This document shows positions 36,949 through 49,239 of a DNA stretch of 64,000 bases, piece after piece. Both the position numbers and the translations under genes were made by a program. Below the pieces are notes generated by a model, which saw nothing but the letters and a program-made list of their open reading frames with translations, was not told where the DNA came from and searched no databases. Within the stretch, counting starts at the first letter, position 1. The number at the start of each line of letters is the position of its first letter. This DNA comes from Stegostoma tigrinum (lineage: Eukaryota), in contig NC_081386.1 of assembly GCF_030684315.1 (NCBI RefSeq), forward strand, positions 12,285,914-12,349,913. The letters run 5' to 3'.

Positions 36949-38269
36949 TATATATAGAGCCTCTCATTTCTGCCAGGTGATGGGCTTAAAAAAATGTTTC
37001 CACCACCATCCCCACTCCAGATGTGGCTGGAGTTACCCCAAGTATCTTTCCAAAATGGGTCAGAATTTACTGTCAAACTATCAGCAGGTTTAGTACATGT
37101 ACCAAAATTAATATGTTTTGCAAAATTAAGAGCTGGTGCAAGCATAACATTGGCCAAGACACCATACTCATTTTCAACAGAGTCAGATTTTAATAGTTTT
37201 TCAGAGAGGGCAAATGGGACACAGTTTCACCCGAAACAACAGATGTCCTCCTGGTTAACACTAAGAGGACCTGCTGGAATTATGAGCAGAAGCATCTGGA
37301 GTGAGGTTTGAACCCACACTTTTTAGATTTGGAAATAAGAACAATGGCCAAGACATGAGCTTCTCAATCGTAGAGAGAATCCCCAAGTGGGATTTAGTTA
37401 AATAATCAAGAGTGTGTTACTGGCTCAGAAAATATCTCCAACGTGTTTGATAAATCTCTCCCTCACATCCCTCACAAAATATCTTCCACTAAAATATTAT
37501 CATTTCCGATATGCCAAATCTGACTGCCTAAGTGAATTCAACTTGCCAAGAAGACACAATTTTAACAATTATCTCTCCATCCAACATTGAGTTGCAGTCT
37601 GGGAATCTACCAGGAACTAATAAAAGGTTGTCTTTAAAGCAATGACATTTTATACAGATTCTGCCTGACTTTCAAAGTGTTTCCCACATTTTCTGTTTGA
37701 TAGTAGCTTGAAACTGAGCAGCATTTGATCCAACACCACCACTTCTCTTAAAGAGTCAACAAGCTGGTTTAAAGACTCAAAGCACCAAGCAATTTAATAT
37801 TGATAATTGCTTGGTACTCTCAGCCTCCATGCAATATTATTGACAATTATCTCCAAACACTCAATTGGCATCTGGGATTTGGGGGGAAGAACTCTTGTAT
37901 GTATATATACTCACTTTCTACCTCTGCAGTCTGAATTGCAAGTTAGGAAACATCTTCTTTTATCAAGAAATAGAATACATTGCTTAGTGCATCGAGGTCT
38001 GAACAATTAAGAAAATGTCTTATGAGTTGTTGGAAAACGCAATCTTATTTGAATAAAAATTGTAATCTAATTGATAATACATAACTTGAGTGGTCCTAAA
38101 GAAAGACTCATTTTGTTGAAGCTTTTTGTCTTGCACTCATTAGGATGTTTCACAAGAATACCAATGGTTGGGGAAAACTGACATGTATGGTGTGAGAGTG
38201 GAGAATATTGATTGGTTAGCATATGGACTCTGATAGAGGTGTTGCCCTGGAATGCAACCATTTTTATGC

Positions 38270-39430
38270 ATTAACAGTTAACAGCTAGGCAGGGTGTTGT
38301 CCTGACAAATGACCCAATGAATGGTCATCGCCGATTTTGTTGTAGACAATGCTCTTTCTCTCTGCTAAGCACAGGGTACCATGTATGAATATATATGGTA
38401 TCCATCATATGCAAATCCATCACACTATGATCTCGACAGACAACTTTAAATTGGCTGTCAGTGTAATTTCCTGAATAGTTAGGATTATCCAGCAAATGGT
38501 ATACAGATGCAGAACTACATTTAATGTTAAACATACTGCGAGTTTGTAGGTACTTGTCGCAAACAACTAAATGGAAATGACCAATTAGTCTTTGAGGAAT
38601 ATGGCCTATATACCGGGCACCACAATGGTAGTGAAATTCACTTACCACATTATTCAGTTTTGTGATGGACAGAATATATTTTGGCTTGATTAGATTGAAT
38701 TGAATTGAATTAGCTTCACTGTCACAGGTACTCAAATGAATACAGGGAAAACTTTACAAGTCACTACTTATGGTGCCATCTTAGATACAAGGTACTTAGG
38801 CACAGATTATTCAGGCCAAGTTCTTAAGAAGAAAAATTAGAAAAATAAAGAAATAAAAAGTTCAGAAAAGTTCTAACTCAGCCCACAACAGCACCTTGCT
38901 TCAGGTCCACATCAGGACTTGAATCCCCTCGAGGCTGGAAGGCCATACTAGGCCCATAGACCACAATGGACCACTGAGAGATTGCCACACCGAGCTGGAA
39001 GGCCGGCACACTGGACTGAAAGAACACCACACTGGGCTAACGAGAGTGTACCATGGGCCACCAAAAGACCACTATGCTTTACTGCTGAAAGACCGCCACA
39101 TTGAGCCACCGAGAGGATGCCACGCTGGGTCAAGACATCATGCCCGTCAGTGCTGAGGCCAGAAATTCAGGATGTCACCAAGAAGAAAGCAGAGAAAAAG
39201 CACAGAAGAGAAAATTAAGAAAACTAAATAGGTGGAATGGACAAGCTCTGGTTGAAACATCCTACTCTGCCTCCATCTCGAAATCTATTTGATGGTAGCA
39301 TCTTGTTAGTGGCAGATACCAGTCACGTTGCCACTTCAGAGTGGCAGCATTAAACAAATAGCTTTAACTTTTGCTGAAACCTTTGAGGTAACATAACCTT
39401 CCATAGTAATCTAAGGTAAACTTTCCACCA
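38270..39430 (-). mobile_element. Penelope family 4 GIY-YIG fragment, interrupted at 38691-39288
   Basis: NVVSEFHYHCGARYIGHIPQRL is a GIY-YIG motif; upstream reading SQRFQQK...ATNKMLP joins SSQK across the insertion. Confidence 0.75.
38691..39288 (-). mobile_element. Full ~600-bp non-coding retroposon with (ATTGA)n tail
   Basis: Tail tagattgaattgaattgaattag; ~20-bp degenerate repeats at 38950-39130; 5' gagatggaggc; flanked by ttgat (38686-38690 and 39289-39293). Confidence 0.75.
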
Positions 39431-39469
39431 TCAAGAGAGACTATTTTAGGGACATTTATGGGAAGACCA

Positions 39470-39892
39470 TACATTTCAAAGTTTGTCAGATCATGACAGG
39501 AACAATGCTGATAACCAATTTAGGTTTGCCAGTTGGGCTTGAAGTGTGCCACACTTGCCTCTATGGAAACTCTACATATTAGTACACATAGCCCTGTCCT
39601 TTGCAGACAGAAGGATTGTGTACCCACTGGTTTTAACTCAACAAATTAGGGACTGTCACACTGGTTCAAATCTCAGGGCAATCTGATGACCAGTTAGAGT
39701 CAACATAACTGATTTAAAATTTAACCAAAGCTTGCCAGTCAACAGTCAATCTGTGCGAATGGGTGCAATCTCCACGATAGCAGCTCTACCAACTGGAATC
39801 CACTTGTCCAACAGTCAGCATTCTCCTCCCATGCAACACAAATGTTGTTTTTTTCTCTTGAATATGTCTTCTTGTCAAATGTCCTGATGACT
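39470..39892 (+). mobile_element. Penelope family 4 3' end, inverted relative to 38270-39430
   Basis: METLHISTHSPVLCRQK is homologous to MDTIYIHTWYPVLSREK of the minus copy; ends at a partial hammerhead gtcCTGATGA. Confidence 0.65.
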
Positions 39893-40412
39893 GTAATTTT
39901 TTTTATATGGGCCAGATGTTTTAGAACCCAGAGTTACTAATTATGACATATCAACACTCATTCAAGTCAAGATTGGTGCCATATAAAATATACATTTATC
40001 TACCTCACCTGTATACTTGTGCTACTAGCTAGTTCCATAGTAGAGCCAGTGAAACCTACATTCGACTAGAGGCCTTCAAATTGCTGCCTTGCAATCACAT
40101 AGTCAAGCAAGCCTTTTCTTTTTAAATGCCGGCTACCTCTTGAAACTGAACATACATATTGCTGAAGTGGAAATTCTTGGTCTTGATCGGGGCAGAAAGA
40201 AGATCCATCATTACAGATTGTATGGCACAAAGAAATTCTAGTAAAAACTGGAGTCACTAAGAATCAGGGAGAATTGCTTCACTGGTTAGATTCAATTCAC
40301 ATACAAAAGACGTTGGTTGTGATTGTTGGAGACTAGTCATCTCAACACCTGGACCTCTCTGCAGATATACCTCAGGGGGTTTTAAAATTTATTTTCTGTC
40401 AGTTGCTAATTA

Positions 40413-40905
40413 AGAGTCATAGAGCTGTACAGCGTGGAAACAGACCTTTCAGTCCAACTCATCCATGGCAACCAGATATCTAAGTTAATCTAGTCCCATT
40501 TACCAGCATTTGGCCAATATCCATCTAAACCCTTCCTTTTCACGTACACATCTAGATGCCTTTTAAATGTTGTAATTGTACCAGGGTCCACCACCTCCGC
40601 CGGCAGCTCATTCCACACACACTCACCACCTTCTACATGAAAGATTTGCCCATTAGGTCCCTTTTAAATCATTCCCCTCTCACCTTCAACCTATGCTTAC
40701 TAGTTGGGGACTCTGCTACTCTAGGGAAAAGATCTTGGCTATTCACTATGCTATATCTATGCCCCTCATGATTTTATAAACTTCTATAAAGTCACCTTTA
40801 TAAAGTCTGATGTTCCAAGGAAAATAGCCCCAGGCTATTCAACTTCTCACTATAGCTCAAACCCTCCAACCCTGGCAATTTCCTTGTAAATCTCTTCTGA
40901 GCCCT
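40413..40905 (-). mobile_element. CR1 3' fragment
   Basis: agagtcatagagctgtacagcgtggaaacagaccttt... Confidence 0.85.
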
Positions 40906-43900
40906 TAAATGGATATTGACCATTTTGTGCTGATTGCTAATATAGCCGTGAAAGGATCTCTGAAAAGATTAAGAGGTTTACTGGGTCACTTTTTGCCAAG
41001 ATGTCACCAACACTGAAGCAACAATAATTCCAAAGTTCTGTGCAGATATGACCTAAAAAGTGTTAGACTGCTTCACTTTACTGGACACCCTATATTAGTC
41101 ACTAGGAAAAAGGGAATGTTCAGTCTTATGCATCTTGCAAGTAGCTCACCTTTGCAGACAGCATGTCATGAAACCAGACTGTTGCTGTAGGAGAGTGAAG
41201 AGGGTGGGCAGGTTGAGTAGTATACACTACTGTTGTGTGTAAAAGAAATCCCTTATCACCACCAGGATCTCCAGTGACACACCATGACACACCCTTTCAC
41301 TCAATTCCTGACTCAGCTCTTAACCACCCTGGGCTGGCCAAAGTACTTCATATCGTTATTGCATGTGGGGGCCAAGACCCCATATCCATAACTCCTGAAA
41401 AATGCACCTCATCAGCATTTGGGCGACTAACTGTCCAAGTTTCTAGTTGGAGCCTGAGGGCATGTTCACATCATGATAACCATCAGTTAGCCCCTTATTA
41501 TCTCACCACCAATTAGCCTAGAACATTGTTATTAAATCTGGTCTTTCAAACAGGCATTCTTTATTAGCTTAGCATTCTTTTGGCATTTGTTTTCACCCAT
41601 TGGCCAAAATAACGTCATATATTTCTGGAATTTCCACTGGTTGAACAAAAAGCTCATCCTTCCACCTCACCCCACACTGTGATTTGCCCCAGAAGGTCAG
41701 GCATTCATTGCTTTATGTATTAAGACTTCTCTATTAAGTCTTTTCTACCCACAAAGAGATAACGCATCAGAGCTTAGTGTGAGCACAGCAGATTCTGTGC
41801 CATGAGGTCTTGCCAGAATAGTTAAAAAGACTAACGTCTTTGAGTTCTGGCAAACAGGAAAGAGCCCCTGCTGAGCTTACAAGTGAAGAAGCAACTAGAA
41901 GTGGAATATATAAAAGTAAAACAAGTAAGCATGCAAAGGAATATGCAAGCTTCTGGAACATGTACTTTCACTGATTTTGTTCTTGAAGCCAAATAAAATT
42001 AAATCTGAGGATGTGTGGAATCTTCTCAAACCCAATGTGGAAAAAGAGCAGGGATGCAGATCCTATGTTTATGGCAGGAGCTAGCAAGGTCACAGTGGCA
42101 TTAGTACCTAGATATCATGAAAAACAATGCCATTCTCCAGAAGGATTGGACATGTTCCAACACGGAACAAAGAATGTTTGCATGACAATGAACAGTTATT
42201 AGTGTCTTTTTTGCTCAATTATCTTGATGATGTATAGTTTAAATAAATATATTGTTCATGCAGTAAGGACAGCACTAAGCAATTTTAGAAGAGACTAAAA
42301 TGTCTTTACCTGACGGATTACATTTCTATAAGTTTTTCGTCTGTAGTAATTTCATCATCTAGAGAGTCATTTCCTGGGGGAATTTTGTCAACTTTTTCCT
42401 TCTTGAGATCCCATTGTAGTCTATTTCCATCACTGGACCTGTAGTTATGAATTAATGATTTGCAGATATATCCTTCATCACTGATGCTTTATCACATTTA
42501 TTTTTCTTTGATTCAGGTTCAATGCATCAGCATAATCAAAATTGTCGGTGTTTATAACTTTAAGATTGCTTTTTAACACTCTCAAGTCTATTCCACGAGA
42601 AAAGATGGATAAAATTGTTACCAAGAACAAGGACACAACCAAAGACAAAATAAAAATTGTTCTTGGTTCATTGAACTACTTAAAAATTGAATTTGGAATT
42701 GTATGCAAAGAAAGACAGGTTCAAAAGCATTGTTTATAAAAGTTGGATATTCAGCTGTGTAAGTTGCAATATCAGAGAAACTGAGCTCGAGGGCTCTTGA
42801 CTTTCTCCTCTGTTAAAATTAACTGGACTAATTAAAAATTGAGTGACCACCATCAACAAAATCACAATCTTTCTGCATCACCGGCGTAATGTTAAAACCT
42901 TGCTTACCAGAACGAAACTAATACCTGACAGCACTTTCACACAGGATCATCACAGTATTTGTACAATTCTTTGTTTCAACCTAAGGGTCTCTGTAAATGT
43001 GAGGTGGTTCTCCTGTATCAAACCTATGTCTAAGTTTTCCTTTCACTTGACAAAGCATGGCTTTATTTGTCTCGTGGGTTATATTTGCTTAATTTACTAT
43101 TGAATGAAATTTGTTTGGATGTTCCTCCTTTAAGCTCTGCAAGCCTACATTACAGCTAAGGGAAATTGTGCATCAGCAATATTCCTTTAACATTCTAAAC
43201 GACAGTCCAGTGCCACCTGGTGCATGCAAGTGAAGAAGATTAGGTTTAACAAAATACAAAAATTGTTTCCTCAGTAACGTTGTTTCTAAAAAAAAACACA
43301 AAGGTTAATTGCTGAATGGGAGAATTAAACCTCGCACACCTTGCTACTGTCAGTATACTTAAGATACATTCTGCAAAGGCTGCTTGATATTTTTCATCAT
43401 AGACATACCAGTATGTGGGAATTAAATATTCTTGTCTTCTGTTGATTTGAGTTGGATGTCACTAGACAGTGTGAGGAATGTTAGCTGCCCGTTTTAACCA
43501 AAATCAATTCCTACTTTCTGGTTATAAATTGCAACCCATATTTCGACAATTTTCAGCCAAAAATAGAGCTGAGCAGCCTACAATCAACAGCTAGCAGTAA
43601 TCCATAAAGGATATTATTTAGACTCTACAGTTGATTGGAAGCGTGGTCACATTATGCCGAGGTTCCAAAACCCATTCTTCCGGGTCAATACCGAAATTTG
43701 TAAATTCTTGAAGGATTGAATAAGGTAATGGTACATTCCAACAGTCCTATTGATCGGTTTTTCAGCTACAAAAGATTTGCTTCAGTTAAGCAAGTCAGAG
43801 CTGACAGACTTCAAATTTAATTTCATTTTTTTATTGAATTGAGCAACAATTTATTAAATCAAAATCACACTCATAATCTGATTTTTTAAAAAACTTCCTG

Positions 43901-44255
43901 ACTCCTTGGTATGTGCGACCTTTTAAAAATTCCAAGTTAGAGCTTGACATATTTCCCGCTCAACTATTGTTTGTATTAAGTGAAAATAAAAGGAAATTGC
44001 TGCACTGTTTAGAAAGGAAAGGCTTTGGGTCTTGTCCCCATATTAAGCACATTACTGAATTAAGTATTCCCATGCTCACAGGTCTGTAGCATACCTACAT
44101 TACAAGTTGAGGGCATTTGGTTGTTATAGTATCTTAGCGCATGATATTGCCAACAGTATTTGTGAATTCCCACATTTCTCTTATTCAACATTCTTTTATC
44201 ACTTTACACAATCTATAAAAAGCTGCTAATGGCCTGTGACTGGCAAGTTTGCCGC

Positions 44256-44687
44256 AGAAATAACTTCTTTAAATTGCTGCCATTGAGTTATAATGATGTA
44301 TGTTACCTAAAAACTGAGCTTGTTGCCCTATGTACAGGTAAGGCACTCAAAAATAAGCAAAGCCACATTTTTAGTTTGCCGCAGAGAGGCAACAATAAAA
44401 CTATTTTAACTGCCTGAACAATCATAACCTGTAAAAATACTTTCTTATGTTCTTGGGTTAAGGTATAACTGCTCTGTTGAATGTTAAGAACATAGAACAT
44501 GGAACATAAGACAGTACAGCACAGGCCCTTCGGCCCTTGATGTCATGTCAAACGTTTACCCTAAAGGGTCTAAAACGTGGCTATGGTTATTTTTGAGTGC
44601 CTTATCTGTACAAAGGGCAACAAGCTCAGTTTTTAGGTATCAGACATCACTATAATGCAATGGCAGCAATTTAAAGAAGTTATTTCT
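44256..44687. repeat. 118-bp inverted repeat (44256-44374 / 44570-44687) enclosing a CR1 tail (44486-44568, minus)
   Basis: Arms align at about 90% identity by eye (agaaataacttctttaaattgctgccattg...aggcactcaaaaataa). Confidence 0.9.
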
Positions 44688-45963
44688 CCAATTTCCAGGT
44701 ATTGGACATCTCGGTAAAGGATTGGATGGGCTTTGTGGAATTCACAAGGGTTCAATGATAACCCGGACAGATCAAAGACCTTGATATTTCTAAGAGTTGG
44801 GAATACTGTCAGGTAAGTATAAGGAGGTCAGGCTTAGTCTAGGGGGTGATGGAGGGTGGGAGGCATTGGAAGGTAGGAGTCAGGAGTGAGACCTTTGAAC
44901 ATGGGATTGGGAGTGGCATTTATTGGGTAAGTAGTTGTATATTCATACTTATATGGCATTTAGTATTGTTTTTCCAAAGTATACACATCAGGAGCCATTT
45001 TGCGGACCAAATAGCACCCATTGCCATCAATTCCAATTTTATTTCTATTTTTTCCCCAGTCTATATAAATAAGAATTGAGCAAACAGAATGAGGGACAGC
45101 TAATAGTTAATTGGAGAGATTATCATTTAATAGGCACATCCTTATAACCCACTCATGTTAGGCCTTCATTATTTATAAGTTATGGATCTTCAAACTAGTG
45201 AAATTATCTTGTCAAGCAATGCTTTGTAAAAAGCACTTTATTCCCCCTGCCACTACTAATCTTATCTTTCCCACAGAAACTGTGATTTCAACAGAAACAC
45301 ATTAATGTGAGAAATGACAATTTTATGTGGTCAGTTAAAAATTACTTGGGCAACAATTATTCAATTTGCAATCAACTATAACTAGACAGGCAAATAACAT
45401 TATTCTAAGATAATCATTTTCCTAATACTTCCAATTTTCTTTGCCTCAAACCACCTTTTTTGATAATTACAAATATTTATCTTAATTGGACAGTGCTGAG
45501 CAACATCCTTCGAAATTCATATGTTCAACTGAGGAAAAAATTCCCAAACCATACATCCGCACTTGATTTAGACCTGGTTGGTAATCAGTAAATTAAAACA
45601 TGCCTTTGTTTTAATTTACAGATTGCTAAATGGGCCATACATTAACTGAAACACAACTGCAAAACAAATTAAAGTTTGGTTTAGATATTTAAATATAAGC
45701 ATCTTTCTTGTGAACACCTGCAAAAGATTACTATGTGTGTTATCAACTATCACTATGCCAACTTGAAAATACTGATTGGTCAGTGAAAGAAGAGGGGCCA
45801 AAGCCTTTCAGGGTGAAAATGTCTGATTCAAGAGGCCCACTTCAATATGCATGACAAGGATGCTTAAATGGCTGTACTAGTGCCTGTGTACCTTCATTTC
45901 GTGATGTAAGGAACACAGAAGCAAGAGAAGGCCATTCCAATCTTCAAGCTGGTTCAGCCATGT

Positions 45964-46272
45964 ATGGCTAAGTGGTATTATCACTGGACTGTTAATCCAG
46001 AGACCTGGCTAATATTGTAGAGACCTGGGTTCAAATCCCACTACAGCAGATGGTGGAATTTGAATTCAATAAAAATATCTAGCATTAAGAGTCTAATGAT
46101 GACCATGAGTTGATTGTTGGGAAAAATGTCCTCTAGGGAAGGAAACAGCCACCTTACATGGTTTGACCGACAAGTGATGCCAGACCCACAGCAATGTGGT
46201 TGACTCTGAACTGCCCTCTGGGCAATTCGGGGTGGACAATAAATGTTGGCCTCATCCCATTAATGAATAAAG
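45964..46272 (+). mobile_element. tRNA-derived SINE family A
   Basis: gtggtattatcactggactgttaatccagagacc...taatgaataaag. Confidence 0.88.
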
Positions 46273-46939
46273 AAGGGAATAAACCTCTAAAAAGCATGAA
46301 TTCATGGAACAAGTAAATAGCTATTTATCTTTTTATTTATTGGTCTAATTTTTGCTGGTTTTGGCCCTCCCTCATTTCTTAACAAGTTGTCATCATTGTG
46401 ACAAGAGATGCTTACATACTGATACTTGCCACAGGCATCAGTCTGTCGCGAAAACCTGAATCTGCCAATATTTGAACATTTTGCACATAAGGATTTTCTT
46501 TCTCCCTTCCTAATGTGATCAACAAATGTCAATATTATTTGTCAGAGTTAATTATCAATTTGGTTGAAATGGGGTCGGGAGTTTGTCAGAAAATGGATGT
46601 CGGATGAGGCCGGTGACTTTGAAACCCAACCAGTATCGTTGTGAAATGTGACAGAAGGCCATTTACACTCATTATTGGTTTGAATGAACTTGGGAAAGTT
46701 GATGGCTTTTGAGTTAAGTTTGATTTAGTGTTTGGTCTCAAAGAAATTACATTCAGTGAATATGCTGCTAAAACGTAAACCTTTAAGCCATTTATTAAAT
46801 GAATATTCCGTACAAGAATGCTTTAATTTTTAAGTTATTTACATTATTTGAATACACATAGAGAAAAATTAGTGAGCATATTTAACTTGATTTTATTTAT
46901 AAATGTATTGTAAAGCACTGTGGGACTCTTCTTAAAAAA

Positions 46940-47562
46940 TATTTGCTCATGGGATGTAAGCATCACTACTAGGCCAACATTTATTGCCCATCCCAAGTTG
47001 GCCTAGAGAAGGCAATGATCAGTGGCCTTCCTAAACTGCTGCAATCCATGATGGATAAATACACACCCACAAATACTGTTAGGAAGGGTGTTTCAGGATT
47101 TCAACACAACGGGGAATGAGAAGCAATTAGTTCCAAGGCAGGATGATGTGTAGTTTGGAGGGGAACTTGCAATTGGTGGAATTCCAATGCGTTTATCACT
47201 TCTGCCCTTCCAGGTGCCAGAAGTTACAGCTTTAGAAGGTGCTGTCAAAGGTGCCCTGGTGAATTACTGCAGTGCATCTTATAACACATACACACTGCTG
47301 CCACTGTGCATTGGTGAAAAAGGGACTAAATGTTGAAAGTAGTGGACCAATCAAGTGGGATGCTTTGTTGTGGATGGTGCTCAGCTTCTTGAATGATGTT
47401 GGAACTCAAATTATCCCAGCAAGTAATCCCTCAGACTCCTGGTTTGTGCCTTGTAGATAGCGGACAGGCTTTGTCGAGTCAGGAAGTGCGTTACATGCCA
47501 CTGATCTTACAGCTGTATTTATATGGCTGGTTCAAGTCAGTTTCTCATCAACCCCCAGATGT
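46940..47562 (-). mobile_element. L2 LINE 3' fragment
   Basis: atttgctcatgggatgtaagcatcact...atttattgcccatccc is the reverse of an L2 3' end. Confidence 0.78.
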
Positions 47563-49239
47563 TGATCGCACCATTCACCTTTACCAGACCTTGTAAATGC
47601 AAGAACTTTACCTTTAAAAATTCAGCAAATTGCAGGAATACACTTGTTAACAATCAGGGCAGAAAGAAAGCAGGTACCATACAATCTTAAGAACTGTAAA
47701 GTAATATATTCTGGGGGGGGGGGGGGGGGTGGGGGAGACAGTTAAATAAAGATATTCCTAAACAAACAACTTTCTAAAAAGTTGAGATTTTGAGTAACTC
47801 ATGAGTTAAAGCATTTTGTCGAAGCAGATAGTTTCCTCTCGAGTAGAAAGATGGAAATCATGAAAATGAGAACAGTGTACACCATGGATTACAAAGCTTA
47901 GTGACTCTGAGTGGAAATGGAATTAAATATATAATAAAGCAGTTCATCTCATGGTGTTGCCTGAAACCTTACTGCTGCAGCTTAAAATGACTGAACAAAA
48001 TGGAGACAATATTTGCGATCCACGGCAAAATAAGTTGCTATCACCATAAACTGAAGCAGCTTCAGTCGCAGAGTGTTGAGCAGAGGGAACAGAAGTTGCA
48101 GCAGGAAGCAGCAAACCTAGAGCCGGAGATCCAAAAGTAGGTGAATTAAAGGAAATCATCTGTGCCTAACCTGTTGATTAGGTCAGACAAAGTGTTGTAC
48201 TACATTAGATTCACTATAAGGATTGCAGGATGTGCTAAATCATCAGCGAGCGTAGAAATAGGACAATTAACTATTAACTTCTTGCATTTGTGATGGTTGA
48301 AATGAGTTCAACCTGCAGCATAACGTTCATTTAAAATGGGATTAAAATGCATACAAGTGGTATCTGTTTAATCTGCTATTGAACTTGCAAAATTGTGTCT
48401 CCCATTCTAACTCAGAGGTTGGATTTTTTTCCCACTAAAATGTATGCCAGTTTTTTTTGCCAAGCTGGGGTTTATTATAAGAAATAAAATGCTTGGATTT
48501 GATGCCAGAGTTTAAGCATTTTCTATCATTGTCCAGCTGTGTCAGTTTAAAAAAAGTACCATCTCTTTGAAAGTTATTAATGTCCAACTATAAACTTGGA
48601 ACCCAAATTCCTTTAACATATGTGGCTCCTGTCACCCTTTAATGTACCTTTGGTTTGGAGACAAAAATAACAGCATGAAGTCCCTGCAGGCTCGTAACAC
48701 CCTGACATGTTTTCAAGAAGATACTGATATGATGATAAAACCTAATAAACTCAATATAAAAGCCCTGACCAGCCTCAATGGTGTGTGCCAGTGTAAGCAA
48801 ATCCCTCACCCAAGGCAAACAGAGAGGCCTAAAACCCAAGGACGTTCACTGAGATATTCTTAAGAGAGGAGGTGGGGGGAACTTGAGGCCATAACCTCTG
48901 TACGTCAGCAGGACAGAAAGTGATGAACGTGTTTGTAGGAAAATATTTTTGCTCAGTTTAAATCAGTGAGGAATTGATTATAGAAGCTGTGAACAAATTC
49001 CAACCCAGTTATTGCAAAAGTCCCTCTCAGTTGCCACAAATCATCTCTGCTGATGTTTTGGTGGAAAAAAATTAGAAAAATTTCAATTTCAGGAACTTTA
49101 TTATTTTCATTAATCATTGCAGTGCTGTCACCCCTGTCCTTATGGTTTAGCAGGAGATCTATTATATGGTCCATTTACTCTGAACCATATTACCTCATAT
49201 GTTTTCCTGGCTGACCAAATAAGACTTAAGAGATAAAAC

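Noticed and set aside
38950-39130. Regularly spaced ~20-bp repeats resembling a CRISPR-like array
   Set aside because: Degenerate tandem repeats with no unique spacers, inside a eukaryotic retroposon; no cas genes.
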